Shown here: piece after piece, positions 1 through 13,700 of the stretch
Numbering within the stretch: the first letter of the stretch is position 1
Layout of the letters: every line of letters begins with the position of its first letter
NCBI GenBank assembly: GCA_010405405.1
Contig: MU004241.1
Coordinates: 1,275,359 to 1,336,931 of the forward strand
DNA: 61,573 nt
Direction: 5' to 3'
Origin: Microthyrium microscopicum
Lineage: Eukaryota
Made by a program: the position numbers and the translations under genes
The notes under the pieces: model-generated
Told to the model about the DNA's origin: nothing
Database searches by the model: none
Seen by the model: only the letters and a program-made list of their open reading frames with translations

Positions 1-1237
1 TCACGGCAGAAGTTCGAAGCGTTGAAAAGCTTGACGGACTGTGTTCGCATGATCACTGCAGCTTGTAGTCCTTTGTGACGATGTGACCCGTGAGTACAGA
101 AAAGGCGAATAAACCACATGGTTCAAGCGTACCTGGGTATGGTGGCAGGTCGGGGGCGCATAGAACTACCACGCTATCGGATGCACCACGTTATGTCTAG
201 TTTTGTGTTATGAAAGCAAATCCATAAAATGAGATCTTAATGATATAAAGTCATGCTTGCTTGCAAACATTGACTCTTTCGTGGTGCTTTCTACTATATC
301 AGACAAGTGTTATGCTTGTCTGAAGCCTGAGCATTTGACAGCTATTGCATAATGCGTATTTACCCAAAGCTCAAATATTCTCAGTACGCTTTCACTTTGT
401 TGTGTTTTCCTCAGCAGAACTTCTGGACTCTGATCTTCGCATCTTTGTGATGATGACATCCGGTCAATAGTCTGCATTCCATACGCCTTACTTACTATTG
501 CTTGATCCCGATACTAGACATGCTAGTCAGTATTTTCATGCTGACCGAACTAAACCTAATAGCTTTGCTGATCTTGAGACCTTTTTGCTCCCTTTTCTGA
601 GCTCTAGTTGGTGGATTAGCGAGGGAATAATTTTCCAATTGGACACGTCACAGAGGACTTTCCATTCAAGGATGATATGTAGCTTCAGGTACTTGCTGCG
701 CGCCTTTTTGAGGATGTCTGAGTAAATAGAAGCTTTGTGGCCATCTCAACAACTTTCAATATCATGATACGGGATACTGAGGAAAAGATACATCTGATGG
801 TCCTGCAAGCCTCTGTTCTCTCATCAGTTTATGTTCTCAAACAAGCCCCAGGCCATGTATACCGATGACTTCACATACCAGAATGCACTTATTCCTCATT
901 ATCGGAGTGTCATGTGTATCGTGATACTTGTAACTTGGAGTAGGCCTGCCACATGGCTTCAAGCTTCAATGCAACTGCCTTCCCTAGATCACAAAGTGGT
1001 TAGAGCAACTTGAACACTTGCAAACTAGTAGACGCGCTGCTTCCATGCGACAGACTCGTGGTTTAATAGAAGGCACGAACGAGTTTTAGTTGCAAGCTGA
1101 ACATGCTCCCAATCATGTTTCCTTCAACTAGCCATCCTGCATCCTCTAGAATACATCACTCGCGAAATCAAATTTCATCCTAAACGACCTTGACCATACC
1201 TATTCCATCCACTGAAAAGCCTTTATACTCAACAATC

Positions 1238-1895
1238 ATGTCTAAACTTACCTTCATCATGGCTACCCTTCTTCTCTTCCACGACACACTCACTCAAAAC
1301 CTACGCATCAACATCAACAGAGTCCTCCCATCCGTCACGCTGTATCTGCTGCCTAAGATCCAAACGTCAGCATCTGATGGGAAGTCCGGAGTAGGCGTAA
1401 GTGCTTCAGAGAACGTTTTCGTTCCCAATCAACCCCTTCGATATTCGTCTCTGACAAATATGCTTAGGTATACGCTTGTGATGGCCAAGGCTTCACTGGC
1501 AATTGCAACTGGCACCGAATCACAGGATCCAACGACAACAATGATTGGAAGCAGGACATTGGCAAGTGCTTCCAGATTGGCGATTCGCTTGGTTCTCTCG
1601 GTCCAGATGAAGGCGTCTACTGCGCTGCGTTCCAGTAAGCAAACAGCTCTCTTTTTTCTGATGAAGATTCTGACAGAGAGCTACCAGTACCGTCAACGAT
1701 TGCAAATTCTACTCTGGCGAACAGCGAAGCCCAGTTCCAGGCATGACCAGCATTTCTGTGGCAGCTACATATCCAGGCGTGTCCAATGTGACCGACCAAG
1801 GATTCGTGGGCGGTGGCGGCGTGTGGGCTTATTGTTTCCGAGGGGACAGTATCAACAATCATTGTTTGAGTGCTTGGGGGACTTGGTGTCCTTGA
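1238..1895 (+). CDS. Small secreted Cys-rich protein, beta/gamma-crystallin-like (3 exons: 1238-1396, 1468-1634, 1688-1895; 177 aa)
   Basis: Two GTAAG...AG introns splice into one frame. Hydrophobic N-terminus MSKLTFIMATLLLF, motifs GVYACDGQGFTGNC and SLGPDEGVYC, 8 Cys, ends SAWGTWCP*. Confidence 0.7.
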
Positions 1896-2478
1896 GCTAT
1901 GGGGGAGGGGATAGCAGTACCTAGTAGATACCGAGCATAACCTGAAATAACACCTGTTGATGAGCAATGAAGCCATCAAGTATTGATTGTGCGAATAACA
2001 CCTGCATAAAGATTAAGAGTAGTCTAAGAAAGTTAAGACTTATTCATGGTGAACATATACTTAAGTCATGGTTTTACTCAAGATGATTGTTTATAGTTTG
2101 ATATGTGATATTTGAATGCGGGTATCTGATTGCTATATACAGTGCGACCACTACCAGTGAGTAGAGTCTGGGAGTTGTTTGATATGTGGTCTGATAGACT
2201 GATGCACTGACACAGTCAGGAGAGGTCCAACGGTAGTATCGAAAAGGCCAGCCCATTCAACAGTTTGGAGGACGCGTAGGTTGGGAGAGCAAAGGGTATC
2301 CAAAGGTATTTCGCCATCCATGAGCCATAACAAAAAGGCCAAGGCCAATGCAAGAACGCTGAAATCAAATCCAAAAAAACCTTTCCCAGGTTTATATCTA
2401 CAAGACAAAACAAGAATTTTTTCTATATTTACAAGAAGAGTGCGTAAAACATTAAAGCAATACTGCAAGAGGCAGCGC

Positions 2479-3781
2479 TTATCCTTCTAGGATACCCCAG
2501 AAGTGTTCGGCGTTGAATGTGCCTCCGTTGTTCTTCAACCAGCGGTTGTTGAACGCAGAGTAGAGATACACATCATTGGGCATGTGCATCTTTATTGAGG
2601 CGATGGCGGCGAACTGGTGGAGTCTGCCGGGAAGGGCGAGGCCGTTGGGGTTTCCGCCGGTAGGCCAGCCAGTCTCGGTGACGACGACGCGGTGATCACG
2701 TCGCTTGCGGCCGTGGGCGCGGGAGCAGGCGCGGAGAGCACCCACTTGCTGGGCAACGAAGCGGCCGGCCATTAGAGCTGGTGTTCCGGAGCTGAAGAAG
2801 GGGTGGATGTTGGCTGCGATGTAGTCTCCGGCTGCTTCACTGCACAGTTCTGGGTGGGCGAGGATAGCTCCTTGTGTTTCGACGTGGACGACGGCGCCTT
2901 GGAAACCGCTTGGGCGGAGGACGCTACGGGCAGCACCAACGGCGTTGATAACGTCGCCGGCTGAAGAGCCCTTTTCGACATCTTCGTTTCCTACAGTGAT
3001 GGTGTGGACAATGCCCCAGCCTACACCGGAAGCCTCAACTTGGCGGACGAGTTCTCTGGTGTCAGCGGCGGCGTTGTTGAGTTCGAAAATGCCGAGCATG
3101 AGCTGTACACCAGCTTGTTGGGCAGCCTTCATGGCTACTTCGATTTGATTGCAGGTTGTGCCATATACACGGATGCTGATGAAGTGTTGAGCAGCGATCT
3201 TGCGGAACTCATCGTTGGCTTGTTCTTGGGGCTTGCAGGTTGTAACTCCCTCATCTCCATTGAAAGGGGTCCATGAGATTCCGTATCCGTTGGCGCGGCT
3301 GATACCAGCAGCTGAAGAGGCATATCTTTGATTCACTTCTACTGGTCCGGCGTTGACGTCTACTTCTGGTGTAGGAGGTGCGGCTGCTGGTGGTGGTGCA
3401 ACGTTGACTGCAGGGCTGGGATGAGCTGGGGCGGCCGGCACTTCTGGCGCTGGTGCTGGAACTGGAGCTGGTGCGGGAGTGGCTTTTGCCTCTACTGCAG
3501 CTGGTGCTGGCGCGGGTACTGGTGCTGCTGCAGGAGTTGGTGATGAGCCATATTCGGTCTTGTATGGAACACCCTTCTCGTCGACGTATACGATGGCATC
3601 TCCTGCCTGTACTGTTTCCCAAACGACTTGGGTGTCGCGCTTCTTGTGGGCATTCGCATGACCTGTTCCCGTTGTTAGTAAGATGAAAGCTCAATTTGTA
3701 GATGCGAATATGCTTACCATGTGGTTGAGCGACAGCTAATTGCAGCAATGCCGCAGCTGCGAAAGCGTAGACTGTCTTCAT
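2479..3781 (-). CDS. Secreted GH17 cell-wall glucanase/glucanosyltransferase (Scw4/Scw11/BtgE-like); intron 3663-3717
   Basis: Signal peptide MKTVYAFAAAALLQLAVA and a Pro/Ala-rich linker. GH17 motifs IRVYG, TVGNE, ANIHPFF, VVTETGWP and AEHFWGI. Confidence 0.9.
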
Positions 3782-5048
3782 ATTCGTCTTTGTATGATGG
3801 TGTATCGGTGCTAGTAGCGAAAGTATTCAACCAGAATTGGATCTTGAATGCGTAGTCTGAGTGATGTCTGCTGAATACAATTGCGAACGACTGTTGTAAA
3901 GAAAAGAATGAATGTGTGATCCACAGAGTGGTCGGTATATGCGCAAAGGACGGACAGGAAGACGAAAACGAAGGTGGAGAGAAAACGAGTGTTGTTTAAT
4001 GAGCTTGGGAAATCATAAGTAAGACTCCCTATCAGTTAAGAGGCAGGTCAAAACAACTCTTGCGGTCAACATCCAATCTTGCTGTCTGGCCGCCGTCAAA
4101 CCATGGTTGAGCTTTGATAATTTGCGACAGGTACACCAGTCACAGCCCTGGTTGTCGTTGGCAGCCATGTCGTTTTTAATATATTATATCGAGCTGGTCC
4201 TTGTGGCCGAGGTTCTGTATGGATAGCCTCATCGACGACAAGTCGCTCATCCTATCTCGTTAAGTGGCTTTGAATTGGCCGTACTCTCCCATGCTCAGTA
4301 GGATGTAGTACACTCCACTCCTTGATTGTTTCTAGCCTTCCTGTTCCTGCCTCAATGAGCCAAAGAGACCGAGGCCTGTCCATGGTAATTTCCTCTTTAG
4401 TAGTTGGAATTGTGCCTATTTTTGCCTTGCCACAAGATATGCTTGACCGTTATTCCTTCTCAACTTACCAGCCATATCTGTACAAGTAAAATTATTATGC
4501 TTTTCTCTTGGACCATTTTACATCACCATATTCGGGCGTCGTACGCAGGATGTCGCAAGCCGACGAGTTTTGATACTTCTAGTCTGTTGTGAAGAAAGTA
4601 CAGCGACCGTTCAATCAAATCAAGAACCGCGGGCCAATTATTATCAGTGCGTCTGGCTCGACAACCAATTGGAATTTGGTCTTTAGGTGATTTTGCGGCT
4701 TGAGCGCAAAATCTTGTACCTTAACCTAATTGTTGAGGAACGGTACGGTAACGGTGAACGACAGGCCTCCAGGGCTTCCATGCTCTTCTTCTAAATCGAA
4801 ACAAGGATCCATTGAAGTACCAAATTGCATCCTCGTGATGATCTATGGATGATTCCTAAAGCTGCCGAGTCAGTATCTCGATCTTGATCTACTAGCGTGA
4901 TCTAAGTGGTTGGAATTGAACGTCATGGTAATATATGCTACCAAACTCTGGTAAAAGAGCCTCCAAGCTGGCTATAATGACAGCCCAAAGAAGACTTGAA
5001 TAGTGACTCAACGCGCTTTGGCATTTTACTGCCACTTAAGAACCTTCC

Positions 5049-5090
5049 AGAAGGCAAAGTTCAAAGCATAGAAGGCAAAGTTCAAAGCAT
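5049..5090. repeat. Perfect 21-bp tandem duplication (AGAAGGCAAAGTTCAAAGCAT x2)
   Basis: Read directly from the sequence. Confidence 0.9.
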
Positions 5091-5902
5091 TCAAGCCGTT
5101 CTTGGACTGCTGATAGCCGTGTGCATACTATCATTGTAATAGCGGTTCTTCGCATATCTTGTGGCTCGCATGTCATAAAGATGATCTCTTTCTTGAATGG
5201 GGCTCAGGACCTCACACGAACGATTTGCTGCGAACGTACATTCGGCCCTTCTAAGAATTGGTTACGATTCAAGTCTATTGTAGGGTTGTTGGTGAGCCAT
5301 GAACGACGCGTCGGTCAGCAAATTTGGTGGGGACATCTTGATACAGTTGCCCTTTGAAGATGGGGTACTAACCTTTTGAAGCAGAACCGGACGAGTTAAG
5401 AGCATCAAGGCTCAAAGAAAACCTAAAAAGTCTCCTTCTGATGCGAGCAAGAGATGAGGTTGGATGTCGCGCCCAGCTCATGGGTAAGGAAATGTGGCGC
5501 TGGATTAGTCACATTTGATTGGCTAAGAACCTTCGAAGAGAAACATGAGGCTGAAGTTCAGCCTTACAACACATTTTCTGCACTCAGTTGGGCTTATCCA
5601 GCGATGTCAATGTGCAGCTCCACCTCAGCTCCCATGATGACATTTCCATCTATATGTACACTAAAATTATGTCTTCCCAGGCTTTGGGTCAAATCCGAGA
5701 CGAGCTTGACGTTGCAAAAGTGAACATACCTGTTATTACATTACTAGATTATGTTTGATAATAGGAGAAAGATATATATGTTGCTAAACAAGAAATGCCT
5801 ACCAATGCCAAGGGGTATTCCAACAACAAAGCACAGCACAATTTTAGCCGCCCAATGTACATCATAAGCAACAGACAACTGTCCATCTAGACTGAACGCG
5901 CT

Positions 5903-7428
5903 CTACATAACAACACACCCATGCGTCTGCATAAACTCATCCCCCGGCGCCGCAAAATCATCCCTAAACAGATCATACTCATTCTGCCTCTGCTTCATCT
6001 TACTCTCCGCCTTGAAATACCGCATCAGAAAGTTCTGCATCGCTATATCCAAGTGACTGCTATCCGCCTCCATCACCGTCTCCTCACGACATAACGCACA
6101 GTTCTTTGTACCTGCGCGCTGCATCACGATCAAACAGCGGATACAGAATATGTGTTGGCAGCGGAGGCGGATGGGTCGGTACGCGATGGTGAAGCAGATG
6201 GGACACAGGTAGTCGTCTAGACGGGGGACGACAGCGAGAATGTGCTTGGCGACTTCGGAGGTTAAGTCGCGGCTGAATGAGGAGGCAATTAGAGTGGAGG
6301 GGAGGAAGGTCGGGAAGGAGACTTTGGCGTTGAGGGCGGTGCGTTTGTCGAATTCTGGGGGATGTTAGTATTGTTTGTGGTTGGGATGGGAAGAAGGGAG
6401 GTTGTACTTTTTAGGATTTTGGTCATGGCTTTGGAGTTTATTTCTTGGAATTTGAGGGTTTGGAGAAGTTGTTGGTTGATTTCTAGGAACTGCTTAAGGG
6501 CTTTGGTATTGTCTCGCTTTTTGAAGTTCTTGAAGAGGTTGGCTTTTTGGCCTTGTTCTAGGAAGAGGAGCCAATTCTTCTCGGCTTTGGCAGCATCGTG
6601 AGCTCCATGGTCGCGTTCGGTGGTGGCGAAGAAAATTCGTGAGTCGAGGTAGAGTTCAAAGATGCGTCTCCAGCGATCTAGATCTGATCTTTGTGAAGAG
6701 CTGTCTGGATTTGTCGACTTGCCCAGGACTCGCCCTACATCCACAATATCTTTCGTCAAGGTCGTTCGCTGTGTAGCTTCCAGCGCCACAAGACCACTTG
6801 ATTCTTTCTCCAATACAGAAAAGAACTCCAAGTCGCTGGTCAATGGAACCATGATCAACTTTGTCGGGCGTCCAGTCGAGCTCCGTCGCTCTTTTGCCTC
6901 TCCATCTTCTCCTTCAACCTCTTCCTCCGCCGATGTCGTCGTCGAACTACGGCTCAATGGCGGTAGCTGATCTTCATCCGTGATTCTCACCGCCGTCAAC
7001 TTCTCCGCGACCGCCAACTGATGCAAATAATTTCGTGTCTCGGGTGCCAGCGACGCACTCAGCGGTTCCCCCGTCTTCGCGTCAACGACAAACAGCAACT
7101 TGGGCCTGACCGAGCCAACCTTGCCTCCCACATCCGAGCTATTAAAGAGGTACTGGAATGGCTTGTCCTGGACAGTAGGACTACTCGTATCAGTAGAGGC
7201 CGTGCTGGTGTTGCGACTATCGTGAGATTCATCCTTGACCGCCTGGCCTTGCTCGACGGTTTCAAGCAGAGTGTGAAGAGTTTTCGCATCTAGTCCAAGA
7301 GTGGTGAGTTCTTGCTGGACACGTTTTATGCATTTTTTCAGTTGGCCATAGGAGATGGCGGAGTTTACCCATTCCGCGGGAAAGCCGTCTTGGAGCAGAC
7401 GCGCCTTGAATTCTTGTGCAAACTTCAT
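5903..7428 (-). CDS. SPX-domain RING-finger E3 ligase (fungal RING-14 type); intron 6355-6407
   Basis: SPX start MKFAQEF...ISYGQLKKCIK, and KILKKFDKRT across the splice. C3HC4 RING CPIC...CQHIFCIRC...CALCR. C-terminus CVVM*. Confidence 0.9.
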
Positions 7429-8270
7429 TCACGGAGATCACGCCAGGTTGGCTTTTCGGATAATAGTGCGTTTATAGATTTCAACGAATTGTATAGAAGC
7501 TTGTAGTCAGACTGCCGTGGATCGTCGGTATATATTCCGGTAGCAAGGGTAAAAGATGACGTTGGGAGGGACTAGGAGTGAAGTCTCTGTTCACCGCTTG
7601 AGCAAAGTATCGTGATATTGTTTAAGGGTACAGGTTGGATCTGCAAAAGTGAATAGCTATAGAGTTTTAGAAACAGCCAGCCTTGAAACGAGCGGCCTCT
7701 AGGAGTATATACTGTTTTTCCCCCTCGAGCCCCTCTGCAGCATGATGCGTTCTGCGCAGGCCAGGTCCAGCACTACTGGCACGCGACAGGTGTGCAGCCT
7801 TTAGTTCTCCGCTTCCTGCACAGGTTTATAGCCAACCAGAAGCTTGGCTACACGAGCATGGCAGTAGTAGGCGTTGAAGTCTTAAGTAGTGAGAAAAAAC
7901 TAGTGCAGTAGTAATAGCAGACCTTTGGCTGGGCCTTAGAAAGTGCTCCAATTCAGATCTTGTAGGCGAATGTTTCTTTCGACTTTGTCAGCTGCCGTAT
8001 CCGACTTTTCGGGAGAGGAAGGTACAGAACATTTGCCACCCATGTTTTACGTACTAGCCTTCGCCTAACGAGGTCTAGCGCCGGCCAGCCACATATCGAC
8101 TTTGCCAAAAATATGCATCTTTTTCACCGTACCTGTCACGAAGAGTCTCATTTCGCTAGAGTTGCTTTCCGATGGTCGGAAGCTGTTCTCGGTTATTGAC
8201 ACATTGAGCCTCTTACTACCTGTTACTCCTGAAGCTGATATCATTCTGGTCATTGGTGATTGAACGTAAG

Positions 8271-8330
8271 CAATCATAATCATAATCATAATCAAAATCA
8301 AAATCAAAATCAAAATCAAAATCAAAATCA
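8271..8330. repeat. Compound hexanucleotide microsatellite (AATCAT)n(AATCAA)n
   Basis: Read directly. It explains the spurious ILILIL ORF at 8065-8355. Confidence 0.9.
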
Positions 8331-9182
8331 CTGGCACATTGAACACAGGAAGCATTGTGGATTTTACAGATGTTCCTTGATTTTATCGGGACTACCTGTC
8401 TACACCGGCAGCGCTCACCACTAAGTAGTACTACCTTTTAGGCTTGAATAATTTGATACCCTTCCTTCCTGTCTGTCTGATTTCAGTCGCCTGTCTCCCA
8501 ACCACTGCCATGAACATACAAATCCTCCGGCGGGCCGACTTTGTTGTAAAAGAATATGGGGTATAAGAATGTCGGTCCACGCCTTGAAAAAGAAAAGCGC
8601 AACTTGCACTATTGCCCACGAGCGGTCTGTGTGTGAATGACCGCAGCAATAAAGTGCATAAATAAAAGGGGATTTGGGGAGGTGATGGGGGTGTAAAAGT
8701 TGTAAAAAGGGGCAAGAGGTTTAAACATATTCATGTTGGGAAAAAAGGTCGCTCAAAGAACGTTGAAAACCCGCAAGAGCCCAGAAAAGCTTTTGTCCCC
8801 CGTTTACAGCTGGAGTTGTACAATTTGCCATTAATCCGTATGGCATCCTTGATCTCGGATCGAGTCTTGATGCCCAGATGGAATGTGTTTTTGTCGGCCG
8901 ATCCGTAGAGCCCAATCAACCTACGAAATGAATCGAGGCGGGCTCTAGTCGTGACGCAAAGTATTCCGAATTAGAGAACCGTAAAAAAAGCAACGCTTGC
9001 AATGCAATGTAATAAGACTGATGGAAAAGAATAACAGTAAACGCTAAAACGCTCATGACCTTTTTTGGCGATGATTGGTTGCATGTTTTTTATTTTTTTG
9101 GTGTGACCATGGTCGACTGGTATCACCGAAGTGACATGGTCGTGGAACAGGTAGCACAAACTAGTCTGCCAATAACGACAGA

Positions 9183-10419
9183 CTACTGTACAGAGTGCAT
9201 ACCGTAGTATAGATCTGGAGGTGCATATTGTTGCGCTCCGACCTCGTGGTGGATGTGGTGAGAGGGAACAGGACTAGGAGTTGTTGGATAGGCTGAGGGA
9301 GGAGGTGGGTAGCCCATGCAAACACTGTTGTCATTCTCAGGAGTGATTGGTGGTGTGAGACAGCCGTGTTGCACAACGGTGTTGGGATAGGCATGCTTTT
9401 GAGGGGTTGAAGGAGTACCGTAGCCCGAGTCGACTGGGCACTCGTCCATCTTCTCTGGTTCTGGTTGTTGAGATTGCATATATACTTCCACAATTTGAGC
9501 GACTGTGGAGAGCTTTTGCGATGCGAACTTGCACTTGAGAACGTTGGACGGTTGCTCCAGATATTTGTGAAGCTTGTAGATGATCTCGGACTCGTAACGG
9601 CCAGCCCAGTTGTCTACACTTATTTGTTCGCGTTGAAGAAGGAAACGAGCCAAAGCCAATGCGGAACGGGCGAGAACGGATGGACGAGTTGACACAAAAT
9701 CGCGATGATATAGCGAGATTTCACAAATGTACCATGTCATATGCATGAGCTCAGCGTCGCCGGGAGCCGTTTCTGCAAGGGCAATCTGCAAGAAGCTGTC
9801 TACGGTTGGATGTCCGAGAAGATAGTCCAGAGTCTGGAGCACGTGCCATTCCATTTGCATGAACATCTCTTCCTCGTATAATTGGCAGCAAACTGATCGA
9901 AGTTCCCGGAAGGTGGGAACACGGTCCTTCTTGTCTCCATACTTGGCAGCAATGAGTAGAGCGGCACAAGCGACCAACTGATAGTGGCGCTTGTAGACCA
10001 CCCGACGTGAGCAATAGCGATCGAGTATGTTGACGGTGAGGTAAAGAGTTTCCGGCAGGAGTTGGAACGCAGAGTGGGCTTCGGTAAGAAAGTCGAGGAG
10101 GAATGGTCGCATGTACCATTTGATCTCATGCTGAATGTCGATTGAAGCGACCTCGGGCATCGTCATTTCCTAAAGAGTGAGCAAAAATCAGAAAGCAAAG
10201 AATGCTGCCGCTTACCTCCATGCGTTCCATATGATCCAGAACTTCTTCAAGATACTCATTGGATGTGACATCAGATAATTCTGCTGCCAATTCTCGCTGA
10301 CGCATCTTGGCTAATTGCCGGTTCTGTTCGCGGATTCGCTCACCCATCGACAACTCCTCAGCTTCGACGAAGAATGTCTCGCAAGGCGCATAGCGCTGTC
10401 GAGTAGATATGGCTTCCAT
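9183..10419 (-). CDS. G1/S-specific cyclin (Cln/Ccn1/Puc1-like); intron 10170-10215
   Basis: Cyclin box WYMRPFLLDFL...ETLYLTVNILDRY...QLVACAALLIAAKY...MEWHVL. PEST-like tail with TP/SP sites (LTPPITP). Strong CACCATGG start context. Confidence 0.92.
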
Positions 10420-10697
10420 GGTGATGTGTGTTGTTGTGTAGTGTTAAAGTGTTGGTTAAAGAGTGGACGTCTAAATTGAAATAGACTTGATACAGAAAGG
10501 AAAGGCGGGTGCAAAGCACAATTAGAGAGTGACTTTTGAGCGAACAAGAAATGAAGGTGTTGAGCAAGGCCAGATCAGAAATCTTGACCTCTTGAGCGTT
10601 GGGCGAGTTAGCCTGCGTGAATGCTACAACTTCCTATCGAGGCAGTCAGTATTTGGATTAACCGAACCAGCGTTAATGCAAGACGCAAAACTCACCT

Positions 10698-10775
10698 TTA
10701 TGAAAATATTAAACAACTATAGCTGGTAAGGAGCGGATGGAGAAGAAAGACGGCTAGTCCCTTGCGATAGAGCAT
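10698..10775 (-). promoter_or_regulatory. Candidate uORF (MLYRKGLAVFLLHPLLTSYSCLIFS*) in the spliced 5' leader of the cyclin gene
   Basis: ATG-to-TAA ORF of 25 aa lying wholly within a predicted leader exon, between predicted introns 10634-10695 and 10790-10844. Confidence 0.5.
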
Positions 10776-13700
10776 CAACCACTCTTACTCTAGGAATGGA
10801 TGGGTTAGCCATACATCTTGCAGACTAGTGAAAGGAATTCTCACCAGATGAGAAAAGCTGAAAGACGTCGAGACTCGAAAGGGCGAGCCAGGGGGCGGTA
10901 CGATCTAGAAATGACAATTAGCCAAAGCTCAGCAGAATTTGCCAAGCCCATGAGTATGGTGACCGCGTCCAAAATGCATTGAGTCGTTCAGGAATTGTCC
11001 GGGCGTTGGTGGCTTCACAATGGACGCCGCAGGAACTGGCAATACTGATACAGTAGAGTTGTAGCAGCGTGTTGAGCTCAGTGTGTTGAGTATGACCTTT
11101 CCGCGAGTTGTATGAATTGTGACCACTGGCCAAGCAAATAAAGTTGTGATTGACGCTCGACCAGGGCGTTTCCAGTGAGCCATGCTCAAAATGACCCAAT
11201 TCTTGAAAGAATAAAGAACTTTGATCTGGGGGGTCGAATGGTAGTTGCTGCATTCCGTTGAGTTGTACCCCAATCAGCATTCTTGGCCATTGAAGAGCAG
11301 TATTATTGTCCGAAGAACAATTTCCCCGCAGATTTTGCAGCATCGGATCTATTCAGCCAGTTCTCCATTGCTCTTGCCGAATTTGAGAGGTTGATCAAGA
11401 TCACGGATCTCCGCAATGCAGCCCAGCTTCCATCTCTTCCACGGTTCTCACGCTGAGTCTTTCAGTGATTGATATTCCATTTTCCCTCATATTGCTTATG
11501 ATTGGCATCATGAGCCTGGGTCTGATGGTGGGAAAATGATCATTTGTGCTTGTTCCGGACTCAGTTGTAAAGTTTTCGGGCGGTTGTCGACATACGTCCA
11601 ATTCGAGGTCATCGACTCAATGCATTTGGTGAACTATCGTTAATTGGGCAGTAACACAAGTCACTTACCAGGATATAAAGGAGAAGAAGCCGGGAGATAA
11701 AATTCACAGTCTAAAAGAGGGAAGGTGACGAGACGTAGAGGTTGAGGATGAAGAGGTGAGGATAGGACGGAGTGTGCGTCGACCGGCGGCTCACGGTAGT
11801 GGTAGTGATGGGCGGGGAAGTCTATGAGGAGAAATAAATCTCGGGAGACTGGAGGAGTAGGAGTGGTGGGAGATATTCAGTCGTGGGAGACTGAACGACA
11901 CTCTTTGTAGAAAAGGAGGCCGGGGGAGCTTTGGATGAGTAGGAGATGTGGAAGAAGCAGTGCCGAAATGACCAAGTCCAGCACTATGTAGCAACTTCAA
12001 ATCCAATTCTCATAGCTCCGACACGGAATGGTCAGGGTAATGAGGAGGAGAGTGGTGAGAGGATGGGAGGAGAGGAGGAGAGAGGATGGTGAAGCATCAG
12101 ATGGTTTAGAGAGCACGACAAGAGGTTTTTGGATGGGATGAGCATGGGCATGAGTGGATAGCATTGCACCCTGGCAGTATTTTTGGGACTAAGGGGACTG
12201 CGAAGGGACAGTTCCTGGTTAATCCTCAGATCCTGGGCCTTTTTGGGGAGAGTGGGCTTTGGGCTTGCGCTCAGAGCCTTGAGCTGCCCAGCACCGCCAA
12301 AGAGAGACTAGAGAGACTTTGATAACCAGTCCACTTACCAAGTTACCAGCAAGGTTAGTGGTGGCAGCAAAGAAAGCGAGGGACGACAACGACCTGGACT
12401 AACGACGAGCAGCAAAGACTCCCAGAATCCCAAAGAGCAGGGGACAGGGCTGACAATGATCCATCATCAAATGGACGCAGGACGAGCCAAGTAAAGAGAT
12501 GCTGGTCGACATGCTGCTTTAGCCTTTGGTGTGCCATTTTGCAACTTTGCAAGGCATTGGTGTTCAAGGTGCTCGACGTCGACTTGACTTGACGTGGAGA
12601 GCCAGCTGGAAGCATGTCTGCGAAGCCCGTAATTGGCCCATAACCATCTTTGCCCTCTGCACAAGACATGGGATGCATTTGGCCTGGATTGGATGACATG
12701 TTACCATCTCCAACTCTCCAAAACTGTCTACTATTCTGCTGCGAGCCTTGCCTTGCCTCCAGTAGTCTAAATCTGCACGCTGGAGTCTGAACACCTGAGA
12801 TTTGATCGAGTTACAGAATAGTGAGCGAGCTATCCGACAATTGCTGCTCAGCGCCCAGTGCTCAACACCTCTCACGAAAGAGGACAAGACGAACCCTTGA
12901 AGGCATTATCCATGCATCTCTTGCCGATGGCAGACACCAATACGCGCTCGGTACACGCTGCTTTATGAGCCAAAACGCCCGCCTTCAAATCTGCTGTGAC
13001 GCTGCCGTGGACTCTGTGGAGAGGCTGAAAGGCAATCATCATCAAGCTGCACCAGTCAATTGTGCCGTAGGATGTAATAGTAAGATGCACGGCGCCCGCT
13101 TGGCCTGGGCCTTCTTTCACAATGCACTCGAGGTCATTGATCCAAGGAACCCAAGTCCTACGAGGCTATGATGATATTGAAATTATTGAATGCCTTCTTT
13201 CTGTATACGTTTCGCCCTGGAGACGACATGCAGCAAGCTCGAGCAATGTCTTTGCTGCCGTGGAAGCCTTGCCGGATGCTTACGGCAGTTGTAAAACTTT
13301 TGAATCTTCAACTGACGAACCAAATTAAATACCACCATCATGTCAGATCCAGATATGATATATGCGAGGTGGAAAAAAACATCGTACATCCAGCTAATTG
13401 TCGCGACTGTGGCGCCTCATCCCCTGCCACTACGAGCGATGATCAATGGCTTCTCATCCAAGCTCACAAGCTCAGGAGTTTAAGTTTGCCAAATTGACGC
13501 TTGAACCCGTCTGCCAGTACGGTAGTAGTCGACAGTCCTGTACGGCTTGTACAGCCCAAATCATCATCCTTTCAACCGCCTGCGGAAGCTCTCTCATTTC
13601 GTCCTATGATCCTGGACATTGTTGTACCGCTTCTCCTGGATTATGCACGTACTTATCACGCTATCCACGCAACGTGACCCTCTTGCCAGGATCTTTTGTC

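Noticed and set aside
1190..1924. 244-aa ORF as a real protein
   Set aside because: It reads through two canonical introns. The spliced frame gives a far more coherent protein.
8065..8355. 96-aa ORF with ILILIL run, resembling a membrane peptide
   Set aside because: It is the translation of a hexanucleotide microsatellite.
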